Below are positions 1 to 12,854 of a stretch of 64,000 nucleotides of DNA, piece after piece (the first letter of the stretch is position 1; each line of letters starts with the position of its first letter). Made by a program: the position numbers and the translations under genes. Under the pieces are notes generated by a model. The model ran no database searches. It was not told the origin of the DNA and worked only from the letters and a program-made list of their open reading frames with translations. Source of the stretch: Octopus sinensis (Eukaryota); the NCBI RefSeq assembly GCF_006345805.1, contig NC_043015.1:39308001-39372000 (forward strand), read 5' to 3'.

Positions 1-38
1 CAAAACAAAATGGCATTACTTTTTGACGCACCCTCGTA
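1..38 (-). mobile_element. End of a mariner-like TIR
   Basis: Minus strand TA-CGAGGGTGCGTCAAAAAGTAATGC. Confidence 0.55.
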
Positions 39-692
39 AACTTGGATTTTATATCCTGATAAGAATTATATTTTTAATTTTTTTGTTTCTTTGTGTCATC
101 CTGCTTCTTCTGTTTTATATCTCTATCTAAGGACCCTTGCAGAACACATTAAATAAGGATTAAATGAAACAATTTTGTTTAATGTATTTCTATGATAATT
201 AATGACACAAATAATATGAATAGGTTCAAAGGCGGTCAGCTGGCAGAAATGGTAGCAGAAATGTTTGTCTGTCTTTACTTTCTGAGTTCAAATATTTCTG
301 AGGTCAACTTTGCCTTTCATCCTTTTGGGGTCGGATAAATTAAGTACCAGTTGAGTACTGGGGTTGATCTAATCAACTGGCCCTCCTCCTCCCCCAAAAT
401 TTTGGGCCTTGTGCCTAGAGCAGAAAACAATAGTCTTTATTTGCATGAAAAAGCAAATTCCTTGAAGTTTTGTTTTGCTATTTCGTGGTCTACTTGGATA
501 CAACATCAATAATTTTAATGTTATTCACAAATCAAAGGAGACGGGCTGATTGATATAACTTTCTAGAGCATCACAGGAAGATTTGAAATATCGTAACATG
601 AGGGAGCCTCTCTAAACAAACGTATCACACAGTCAGTTCTTGGAATTACAACTTTGTCTGACTTTTTGTAGTTAGAATTAATTCCTCTTTCT

Positions 693-733
693 CTAAACCA
701 TTTTTAACAACGAAGCAGTTTCGGCATCGAAGT
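693..733 (-). CDS. Candidate terminal coding exon: (D)FDAETASLLKMV-stop
   Basis: Acceptor ttaatcccag|, phase 1 as required, TAG at 695-693, AATAAA at 441-436 in non-repeat sequence. Alternative candidate 74-126 gives DRDIKQKKQDDTKKQKN-stop. Confidence 0.4.
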
Positions 734-832
734 CTGGGATTAAATAAACATTTTATTTAATGCAAAGAAAAGTTATTTCTTTATAAATATTATTGAGAGG
801 ACATGACAAAGAGGTAGATGATGATAATAACA

Positions 833-874
<42 letters not shown>

Positions 875-1359
875 GCTTCAAATTTTGCCACAAGGGCAGC
901 AATTTTAGGGGAGGGGATGAGTTGATTACATTGACTCCAGTATTCAACTGATCCTTATTTTATCGACCCCGAAAGGATGAAAGGTAAAGTCAAACTTGGT
1001 GGAATTTGTACTCAGAACATAGTGATGGGCGAAATACCTATTTCTTTACTACTCACAAGGGGCTAAACATAAGAGGGGGCAAACAAGGACAGACAAATGG
1101 ATTAAGTCTATTATATTGACCCCAGTGCGTAACTGGTTCTTATTTAATCGACCCCGAAAGGATGAAAGGCAAAGTTGACTTCGGCGCAATTTGAACTCAG
1201 AACGTAACGGCGGATGAAATACGGCTACGCATTTTGCCCGACATGCTAACGTTTCTGTCAGCTCGCTGCCTTTACGAAATACAGCTAAGCATTTTGTCCA
1301 GTGCATTAACAACTCTTCCAGCTCACCACCTTATAAATAATAATAATAATAATAATAAT

Positions 1360-2408
1360 AAATGCCCTGATGCAGTACCAGACAGTGGCTCTCATGGCTT
1401 CTCATCTTAACTGATTGGAAGTGTTATCATGTACATTGTTTTGTCTTGGTATAAAAGATGGGCTACAGCAAATATTCTGCTCAATACCACAGATTTGCTT
1501 GTCAGTTATTTGACCTTAACCAGTTGAGCATGTCCCTTAGTGGCTGATGATATGTGCATCTCTAATCACAAGCAGAAGTAGTGGGGGAGCATCATAGCCA
1601 TGTGTTGAGAGGGATTCTTTGGGGTTTGAATAATTCACCTCTGGAGACATGGGTGGGTTTTTCAACATCCTTAAACAACCCTTATTTAGGGACCGTTTGA
1701 GCGGGATGGGCTACTCAACCTGAAGAAAATTCTAACTGGGCCCCACCTGCAAGGTCATGTGCAGTTTATCTTGATATGAGATCACCATGCCACGCACATA
1801 TGGTTGTGATGCATGTGCCTGGTGTGCCCTTATCAGACAGGTAGTCATGATGGGTATATTGGGCTTCGTATATTTTACCCCAGTGTCACTTTGATGGCAT
1901 GAACTGCTCTCTCACTCAATAATAATAATAACAATGGTTTCAAATTTTGCTACAAGGGCAGCAATTTTAGGGGAGGGGATGAGTTGATTACATCCACTCC
2001 AGTGTTTCACTAGTACTTAATTTATCGACCCTGAAAGGATGAAAGGTAAAGTCAACCTTGGTGGAATTTGTACTCAGAACATAGTGATGGGTGAAATACT
2101 GATTTCTTTATTACCCACAAGGGGCTAAACATAAGAGGGGACAATCAAGGACAGACAAATGGATTAAGTCGATTATATTGACCTCAGTTCTTATTTAATC
2201 GACCCCGAAAGGATGAAAGGTAAAGTTGACTTCGGCGCAATTTGAACTCAGAACGTAACGGTGGATGAAATACGGCTATGCATTTCGCCCGGCGTGCTAA
2301 CGTTTCTGCCAGCTCACCACCTTTACGAAATACTGCTGAGCATTTTGTCCAGTGCATTAACAACTCTCCCAGCTCACCACCTTATGAATAATAATAATAA
2401 TAATAATA

Positions 2409-2445
<37 letters not shown>

Positions 2446-3563
2446 GCCCTGATGCAATACCAGGCAGTGGCTCTCATGGCTTCTGATCTTAACTGATTGG
2501 AAGTGTTATCATGTACATTATTTTGTCTTGGTATAAAAGATGGGCTACAGCAAACATTCTGCTCAACACCACAGATTTTGCTTATCAGTTGTTTGACCAT
2601 AACTAGTTGAGCATGTCCCTTAGTGACTGACGATATGTGCATCTCTGATCATGAGCAGAAGTAGTGGGGGAGCATCATAGCCATGTGTTGAGAGGGATTC
2701 TTTGGGGTTTGAATAATTCGTTCAACATCCTTAAACAACCCTTATTCAGGGACCTTTTGAGCGGGATGGGCTACTCAACCTGAAGAAAATTCTAACTGGG
2801 CCCCACCTGCAAGGTCATGTGCTGTTTATCTTGATATGAGATAACCATGTCGCGCACATATGGTTGTGATGCATGTGCCTGGTGTACCTTTATCAGACGG
2901 GTAGTCATGATGGGTATACTGGGCTTCGTATATTTTACCCCCCGATTCACTTTGATGGTAAGCACTGCTCTCTCACTCAGTAATAATAATAATATAATAA
3001 TAATAATATATAATAATAATAATAATAAATGCCCTGATGCAATACCAGGCAGTGGCTCTCATGGCTTCTGATCTTACTGATTGGAAGTGTTATCATGTAC
3101 ATTATTTTGTCTTGGTATAAAAGATGGGCTACAGCAAACATTCTGCTCAACACCACAGATTTTGCTTATCAGTTGTTTGACCATAACTAGTTGAGCATGT
3201 CCCTTAGTGACTGACGATATGTGCATCTCTGATCATGAGCAGAAGTAGTGGGGGAGCATCATAGCCATGTGTTGAGAGGGATTCTTTGGGGTTTGAATAA
3301 TTCGTTCAACATCCTTAAACAACCCTTATTCAGGGACCTTTTGAGCGGGATGGGCTACTCAACCTGAAGAAAATTCTAACTGGGCCCCACCTGCAAGGTC
3401 ATGTGCTGTTTATCTTGATATGAGATAACCATGTCGCGCACATATGGTTGTGATGCATGTGCCTGGTGTACCTTTATCAGACGGGTAGTCATGATGGGTA
3501 TACTGGGCTTCGTATATTTTACCCCCCGATTCACTTTGATGGTAAGCACTGCTCTCTCACTCA

Positions 3564-3565
<2 letters not shown>
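1360..3565 (+). mobile_element. Three copies of an approx. 540-560-bp repeat flanked by (AAT)n (1360-1918, 2442-2981, 3027-3565); probable 3' end of a TAA-targeting LINE. Partial copy at 28885-29055.
   Basis: Direct comparison of the copies; each ends ctgctctctcactc(a/g)(taa)n. The family assignment is inferred only. Confidence 0.65.
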
Positions 3566-3625
<60 letters not shown>

Positions 3626-3794
3626 CTATTACTACCCATGTATTTTAATTTAACTTAAAAAAAAATGAACGAACTATTGAGTTTAGTTTAATGGCCTACC
3701 AATGTATACTATGAGTTTCTTTGCCCTAGGAGTCAGGAAGACACTCGGCAAGAAATGGAAGCAAATTTGAAAGAAGAAAAAAAAAATAATAATG

Positions 3795-3857
<63 letters not shown>

Positions 3858-3907
3858 GTAGTAGTAACAATAATAATATGTGAGGCAATACATGAGGAAA
3901 GACTTAC

Positions 3908-6900
3908 CTATAAAGCGTGCATCATAAGTCTTGGTTAAAACTGTTGTGGAAGGAGGAGGATGAGGAGGATGAGAAGAAGGAGAAGGAGATTCTGTTGTAG
4001 AATTACTATTACACAGGTTTTTAACGTTATTATTTTCGCAAGTCCAGCGTCCGTTGCAGTTGCACTTACAACTTTTTTCCAAACAGCCTTCAATTCTACT
4101 AAACCAAGTGTTTCCTTCGTAAATTTTTCCGTGCAGTGAACAGGGTCTACATCTTCCCTGCGGCACCCGTACACTAGATGGGGGGATGCATGTGTCGCTT
4201 AGAACTTCACAGGACCAGGAACCATTGCATGAGCAAAAACATTCCATTTTCTTACATCCTTTCTGAATGACATTTGAACTTTCTCCCCGATAGACATTAC
4301 CATTCACTAAACAGCTTTGGCATTGGTCTCCGCAGATGTAGCGTGCCTTTTCAGCGGGGCACACCCACGACCCATTGCAGTAACATGTACAGGTGTATTC
4401 AAAACAGTCAACTTGACGGCTAAACTGGCTGTTACCCTTATAATGGTACCCATTTATGATACATTGGTTGCAATCTGTTAGCTTGCTTTTGGCACAGATG
4501 TTTATAGATCTTTCAGGGGGACACGCCCAGGTTCCATCACAACCGCAGGTACATTCATACTGAAAGCAGTTGAGGGTATAGCGGAAATTACTATTGCCAA
4601 GAAAAGATTTATCATTTAAGGTGCAATTTTGGCAAACATTTGAAGGTTTTGTACTTTCAACACCGGTGTCTGGAAGAGAATCGTTACCACATATTGGTTG
4701 CGTTCTATCTCCAGGGCAGAAAAATTTACCATCACAGAAACACTTACATTGATACCTAGTACAACCGAAATCATATTCAAAAGTTGAGTTGCCCTCAATA
4801 ACTTTTTCTCCAAGGTAACATTTTTTGCAGAAACCAATTAAACGCCTTCTTGTGCAAATATGAATGGCAGGCCCGGCAAGACAGTTCCACGTGCCGTCAC
4901 AATTGCATGAACAGCGGAAGCGCAAACAATTTCGATCGAAAGAGAAGAAACTATCTCCAGCGTATTTATTTCCTCGCACAATGCAGCTTCTGCAGGTACC
5001 ATCAGACTTCACTTTATCTTTAACTACACTGCAAACGTTAGCCGTTAGGTGCTTGGGACAATGCCAGTTACTATTGCAACGGCATTTGCACTGGAAGCGC
5101 CGACATCCCTGCTTATAAGTGAACCATTGGTTACCTGGATATTTTTTGCCTTTTACTTCACATTGCAGACAGGTTTCGCGTAATGGTTCTTCTTGATTGC
5201 ATACGTTTTCAGGCTGCTGAGACGGACATTTCCAATTCCCCTCACAATCACAAGAGCACTTGAATTTGAAGCAGGCCTCTAATAAATCAAATTCCTCACC
5301 TCCCTTATACAACTGACCTCTAACATTACAGTTGGTACATTTTCTATCAGACTGACCTTGTAATCCATGACAAATGTCAACAGCCGTTCCAGTTGGACAT
5401 TCCCAGCTACCGTCACAACTACATTTACAGCGGTAGCGATAGCAGGCGTTATTTAGGAAAAAAACTGTATTTCCCTTGTAAGAATTATGCTTGATAAAGC
5501 AGCTCCGGCAATTGGTATTATTTAGCGGTGCTACAGTAACCTGTGTTTGATTATTACATGTATCTACTGCAGTCTCTGTCGGACATTGCCATTTTCCATC
5601 GCACGAACACGTGCACTGATAGCGCATGCAATGGCGCTGATAAGTAAATCTTGTATTTCCTTTATACGTTTCATTGTTTACTCTACAATCCCTACAGCTT
5701 GGGGATTGGGTTGGAGCATCTCTATTCGCAGCGCAAATATCAACCCTTTTATCTCTGGGGCACACTATTTCGCCATCGCAACCACAAGAGCACGTGTATT
5801 TGAAACAGCCATATTGGTAATGGAACATAGAGTTTCCTCTATAGAACTTACCTTGTTTGATACAATCCTTGCATTGAGGTGACTTATTAACTGTGCAGTT
5901 AGGCATTGCCGTTCTTTGAAAGCAGTTTATACTTCCGTTGCATTGACATGTACACAAATGTTTTTCACAGTTATCTTCCTGATAGAAGCTAATGCCCGGA
6001 GAATATTCCACTCTATTAGCTAAGCACTTTTTCTTTTCACCAGGGCAGGGATATTGATTTACAGATGAACAGCGGTTTATGATTTTGTCATTTGGACAAT
6101 TCCAAGTTCCATTGCAGAGACAGTGGCACAAATAATGATAGCAGAAGTTATTAACTATGACGGCTGTGTTTTCTTGATGTACTTCATTCCCTAATCTACA
6201 TGTTGCACAAGATCTGTCAGATTGAGGAATTGAGGAGTCACCACAGATATATTCTGCATTATGGGAAGGACAATTCCAGCTTCCATCACAGTTGCATTTA
6301 CATTTGTATCTATAGCAATTTTCTTCGTGTTGAAATTCTGTATTTCCTTCAACGATTTTACCCTTTGCATCACATTGTTGGCAATTTCCTGTGCTGGCAC
6401 CACAAATATATTCTGCATTTTCAGCAGGACAATTCCAGCTTCCATCACAGTTGCATTTACATCTGTATCTATAACAATTTTCTTCATGATGAAATTCGGT
6501 ATTTCCTGCATAAATCCTACCCTTTGCATTACATTGTTTGCAATTTTCTCTTTGTTCACCACAAATATATTTTGCATTATGGGCGGGACAATTCCAGCTT
6601 CCATCACAATTGCATTTACATTGATATCTATAACAATTTTCTTCATGTTGAAATTCTGTATTTCCTTTAATGATTTTACCCTTTGCATCACATTGTTGGC
6701 AATTTCCAGTGCTGGCACCACAAATATATTTTGCATTTTCGGCAGGACAATTCCAGCTTCCATCACAGTTGCATTTACAATCGTATCTATAGCAATTTTC
6801 TTCATGTTGAAATTCTGAATTTCCTGCATAAACCTTACCCTTTGCATCACATTGTTTGCAATTTCCAGTGCTGGCACCACAAATATATTTTGCATTTTCA

Positions 6901-9898
6901 GCAGGACAATTCCAGCTTCCATCACAGTTGCATTTACAATCGTATCTATAGCAATTTTCTTCATGTTGAAATTCTGAATTTCCTGCATAAACCTTACCCT
7001 TTGCATCACATTGTTTGCAATTTCCAGTGCTGGCACCACAAATATATTTTGCATTTTCAGCAGGACAATTCCAGCTTCCATCACAGTTGCATTTACAATC
7101 GTATCTATAGCAATTTTCTTCGTATTGAAATTCTGAATTTCCTGCATAAACCTTGCCTTTTACATCACATTGTTTGCAATTTCCAGTGCTGGCACCACAA
7201 ATATATTTTGCATTTTCAGCAGGACAATTCCAGCTTCCATCGCAGTTGCATTTACATTTGTATCTATAGCAATTTTCTTCATGTTGAAATTCTGTATTTC
7301 CTGCATAAACCTTACCCTTTGCATCACATTGTTTGCAATTTCCAGTGCTGGCACCACAAATATATTTTGCATTTTCAGCAGGACAATTCCAGCTCCCATC
7401 GCAGTTGCATTTACATTTGTATCTATAGCAATTTTCTTCATGTTGAAATTCTGAATTTCCTGCATAAACCTTACCCTTTGCATCACATTGTTTGCAATTT
7501 CCAGTGCTGGCACCACAAATATATTTTGCATTTTCAGCAGGACAATTCCAGCTCCCATCGCAGTTGCATTTACATTTGTATCTATAGCAATTTTCTTCAT
7601 GTTGAAATTCTGTATTTCCTGCATAAACCTTACCCTTTGCATCACATTGTTTGCAATTTCCAGTGCTGGCACCACAAATATATTTTGCATTTTCAGCAGG
7701 ACAATTCCAGCTTCCATCGCAGTTGCATGTACATTTGTATCTATAGCAATTTTCTTCATGTTGAAATTCTGTATTTCCTGCATAAACCTTACCCTTTGCA
7801 TTACATTGTCGACAATTTCCTCTCGAAGGTTCATTACAAATAAACTCTGCACTTTCCGCAGGGCAGTTCCAGCTTCCATCACAGTTACAAAAACATCGAT
7901 ATCTATAGCAATCTACATCGCGGGTGAATGCAATGTTGCTTTGATAACTTTTTCCAGATATTACGCAATTTATGCATGTCGTCTTGTTTTGTTGGCATAT
8001 ATTTATAGCGGTTGCTGCCGGACATTTCCAGCTACCATCACAATTGCATGCGCATTGGAATTTATAACAATTTTCCTCCAGTTCAAAACGGGTGTGCCCT
8101 TTTTTCTTTTCTCCTCTTACGTCACAATAATGGCAGCCGGTTTCTGGATCGGTATTACATGTGTCAACCCCAGTCGGACACCTCCAACCTCCATCACAAT
8201 TACAGATGCAATCATATTTAATACAGCCGTCTTGTAGAGAGAATCGTGTGTTTGGTTCGTGCTTAGCTCCACGCACATCGCATTGATGACATTTGGCAGG
8301 ACACTCGTTAACTGCGGTTTCAGCCGGGCAGTTCCAACTTCCATCGCAATTACATCTGCATTGGTATCTATAGCAACCTTCTTTCAGTTCAAATCGAGAA
8401 TTACCATTTTTTCTGTCTCCTTTTACATCACAATAATAGCAACCAGTTCTTTCATCCATGTTGCATACATTTAAGGCTTTCTCTCCTGGACAATTCCAGC
8501 TTCCATCACAGTTGCATCTACACTGATATTTGATGCAATCCTGTCGCAAAATAAAATCAGAATCTGGTTCTGCGATTGTGCCTTTGGCATTGCATCTGAT
8601 ACACTTATTTCCGCAAATCCTAACGGCTGTTTCACCTGGACAATTCCAGCTGCCATCGCAGTTGCATCGACATTGATACCTAATACAGTCTTTTTCTAAC
8701 TCAAAGTTGCTGTTCGGTGCCGCTGTGGTGCCATAGGCATTGCATCGGATGCACTTATTATTTCTTTTACAAAGATTTACTGCCGTCTCTTTTGGACAAT
8801 TCCAGCCACCATCACAGTTACATTGGCATTTATATTTAAAACAACCTTCTCTTAGTTGGAAATTAGTTTTAGGTTGAATGATTTTCCCTCGAACACTGCA
8901 CAAGCGGCAAGCTGGTGCTTGCCTGCAAACATCTACCACAGAGTCTTCCAAGCAATGGAAGCTGCCATCAATATTGCAGTTGCAGGTTTGTTCAGTACAG
9001 GAGTCGATTTGCTTGATAAATGTTGTGTTTAATCTATAGCTACGTCCATCAACGACGCAAGTCAGCTTCTTCTTCTTGCAGGTATTAACACTCAGATTAT
9101 CTGGACAGGTCCAGCTGCCATCACAATAACAATTGCAAAGATATTCATAGCATCCTTCAATGAAACGGAATTGTGTGTTACCTCTGTGGACCTTACTATA
9201 AACATGGCATATTTGGCAAGTGTCAGAGTTGGCTGTTAAAACTGTATCATTATCCGAGGTTGAAATCGTTCTATGAATAGAAAATGTCCCATTTCCAAAC
9301 TTTAGTTGAGTTTCATTCTTGCTGTGGACTAAACGTGCCCCTTGTATAGCGATCGACGAATCAGCTTTGACTTCGATATCATGATGAACCTCAGTTTCGT
9401 TAATGAGACTCAGGTCCACTTTGTTTGCTTCCTTGTGCGGAGGAGAGACTGTCCCCAACGAAGGGGGAGTTGGTGAGACGTAACTCTGAGAAATTCCGCC
9501 AACAACAGGATGGTCAGGACCTTTTATAGGTTTCAGTGTGCCTGACAATGTATAAGGAACTGATTGTGTAGGTTTTGGAGTTCCTGTATGGGCAATGTCT
9601 GTGTTACAGGGTAACTGCATGGTCTGTTCTGGATAGCAGATATATGTTCCATTGCAATGACAAAAGCAGCTTATGGCTTCACAGTCGATGCGGCGTTTAA
9701 AACCAATGCCACCAGCATACTTCATACCATCGACCGTACAGTTTTGACAGGTCGAACACTTGGAAACTGTTTGGGATGCAGGGCAGTAGTAAGAACCATC
9801 ACATCTACAATGACAGTGGAATTCTAAGCAACCGTCTTCAAAACTAAAGCGTCTTCCACTTGAGATTATTTTCCCTCTTACAACGCAGTCGTGACATT
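3908..9898 (-). CDS. Giant exon (5991 nt, 1997 codons): 34 Cys modules, a 129-aa Cys-free spacer and a Pro/Ser/Thr tail
   Basis: Core of the 2062-aa ORF; acceptor atttcag| at 9899-9900 and donor atag|gtaagt at 3906-3907; phase 1-1. Confidence 0.93.
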
Positions 9899-12803
9899 CT
9901 GAAATGGAAACCATAGGATTGGAAATGAAACAAATTTAACGAAATAATACACACACACACACACACACACACCACACACACACAACACACACACACACAC
10001 ACCACACACACACACACACAACACATACACACACATACACACACACACATACACACACATACACACATACACACACACACATACACACACACAACACACA
10101 CACATACACACACACACAACATACACACACATACACACACACATACACACACACACATACACACACACACATACACACACACACACATACACACACACAC
10201 ATACACACACACACACATACACACACACACACACACATACCACACAACACACACACATACACACACACATACACACATACACACACACACACATACACAC
10301 ACACACACCACGCACACACACACACACACATACACACACACACATACACACACACATACACACACATACACACACACACACATACACACACACACATACA
10401 CACACACACATACACACACACACATACACACACACACACACACATACACACACATACACACACACCACACACACACACACACGTATTTACATATACAGAA
10501 ACCACAAAAACATACTCAACCTACAAAGTACACACACACACACTCCTCCCACCAGTTTCTCCTTAGCTGGAACCAACGAAAGCCGCTCATCCTCATCGTC
10601 ATCATTTAACGTCCATCTTCCGTGCATGCATGGGTAGGACGGTTGATAGGAGCCGGCCAGGTAGAAGACTACCCCAGGCCACTGTGTCTGTTTTGGCATG
10701 GTCTTTACACCTGGATGCCCTTCCTGACACCAACCACTCCGCAGAGTGGACTCAGTGCTTTTTATGTGGCACTAGCACAGGTGAGGTCAGTTTTGGCATG
10801 ATTTTTACAGCTGGATGCCTTTCCAAATGCCAACCATTCTACAGTGTAGACTGGTTGCTTTTTATGTGACACCAGCACTGGCAGGATCACCGAGTAACTT
10901 GTAAGACAAGGAATTTTGAGAGGGTCGGGGCCACTGGAGGAAGGGAACTTGTGTCAGTGGATGAAAGGTGAGAGCGTGACAGGAGGTACATAGGTACCCA
11001 GCGAGAGAAAGAGAGAAGAGAGGGGAAGAGAAAGAGAGTGAGAGGAAGAGAGAAGCAGAGAGAGAGAGAGAGAGAGAGAGGTACAAGAAAGTGGACAGAA
11101 ACAGGTAGGCTGATGTAAAGGTGATACTTGGTTACCTAGTCAGAGGGAAAAGAGAGAGAGAGAGAGAGAGAGGGGTCTGGGAAGCCAGGAGGCTGCACCA
11201 GGCTCCAGTCTGATCTGTCAGTGTTTCTACAGCTGGATGCCCTTCCTAACGCCAACCACTCCGTGAGTGTAGTGGGTGCTTTTTACGTGCCACCGGCACA
11301 GGTTCCAGGGGAGGCTGACAACAGCCATGATCAGTTGGTGCTTTTTACGTGCCACTGGCATGGAAGCCAGTTAAGGCGGTGCTGGCATCAGCCATGTACG
11401 GATGGTGCTTTATCAGGTGCCAGGGGAGGCTGGCAACGACCATGATTGGTTGGTGCTTTTTACGTGCCACTGGCACAGAAGCCAATCAAGGCGGAGCTGG
11501 CATCAGCCACGTACGGATGGTGCTCTTTTAGGTGCCACCGGCACAGGTGCCAGGGGTGGCTGGCAACAGCCATGATCAGTTGGTGCTTTTTACGTGCCAC
11601 TGGCAATGTCTTCATAAGGATCAGAAGACACAAGTCATTTAAAACAAATCAAGAAAAATTAACGAGGTTTAACGATATTTTATTTTACCTGTTGTATGTT
11701 CTTGTTTGCGATTTCCATCATGATCACAAATATATTCGCTCTTTTGCGAAGAGCATTCCCACGATCCGTCCCTATTACAGTCACAGTTGTATTCGAAGCA
11801 ACCACGTTCAAAGCTGAAAGGGCGACCAAGCACGTATCTCTTCCCTTCTACCACACACGCCATTGGGTCATCGCTGACCACAATATATGTGGTTCGAGTT
11901 GATGCTTTGGACAAGAAACAAAAAAAAAATCAATTTACATGTTTTTAGTGATTTGTCTTTAAAGTTTTGCAACATGTCAGGAAAACGATTTACAGAAAAA
12001 AAAAGCTTTCTTTTTTGACAATATTTCATGGAAATTAAAATTCATAAACGCTGTCACACAATATAGTCAAAGTCTTTAGATTGTTTTATGCCCTGTTCTT
12101 GGTTTATTCTTCTTCCATTTTGAACTTCTATTATTAAAGTAAGAACGCGTTTGGGAGTAAGACTCAGTTTGATCTTTTATAAAGGACAGAATTCTATCTT
12201 ATTGGTTTGTCAAGAGGAAGAAGCATCATCATTGTCATCATCATCGTTTAACCTCCGCTTTCCATGCTGGCATGGGTCGGATGGTTTGACTGGGGACTGG
12301 CAAACCAGGAGGCTGCACCAGGCTCCAATCTGATCTGGCTAAGTTTCTACAGCTGGATGCCTTTCCTAATGCCAACCACTCCAAGGGTGTAGTGGGTGCT
12401 TTTTACATGCCACCGGCACGGGGGCCAGTCAGGTGGCACAAGCATTGACCACGCTCAAATGGTGCTTTTTACATACCACAAGCATGAGAGTCAGTCAGGC
12501 GGCACAGGCATCGACCATGCTTGAATGGTGCTTTTTACGAGCCACCAGCACAGGAGCCAGTTTGCATAATTCTTTGCAGGGTTGCTTTGCCTTTCATCCT
12601 TTCAGGGTCAATAAAATAAGTAAAATAAATATCAGTTAATCATTGGAGGGGTGGGGTGTCAATGTAATCGATTTAATCCCTTTCCTAAACTTGCTGGCCT
12701 TGTGCCAAAATTTGAAATCAATATGAAAGAAAATTCTAAAAACTAAATAAAATTAACATTTACGAAAAAAACAAAAGACGAAGACAGGTGGTGTATATAT
12801 ATA

Positions 12804-12854
<51 letters not shown>

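Noticed and set aside
3726-3907. Poly-Tyr C-terminus of the 2062-aa ORF
   Set aside because: It lies after a perfect gtaagt donor and is translated (AAT)n intron.
6191-8237. Long alternative-frame and antisense ORFs (386, 318, 249, 240 aa)
   Set aside because: Shadows of the 159-nt coding repeat; they are confined to the array and its flanks.
9899-9914. ATG at 9914 as the gene start
   Set aside because: It lies in the pyrimidine tract upstream of a phase-1 acceptor, gives no signal peptide, and 18 homologous exons lie upstream.
9844-10505. Poly-CV, poly-HT, poly-YI and similar ORFs throughout the window
   Set aside because: Translations of (CA)n, (TA)n, (CATA)n, (GATA)n and (GAA)n microsatellites.
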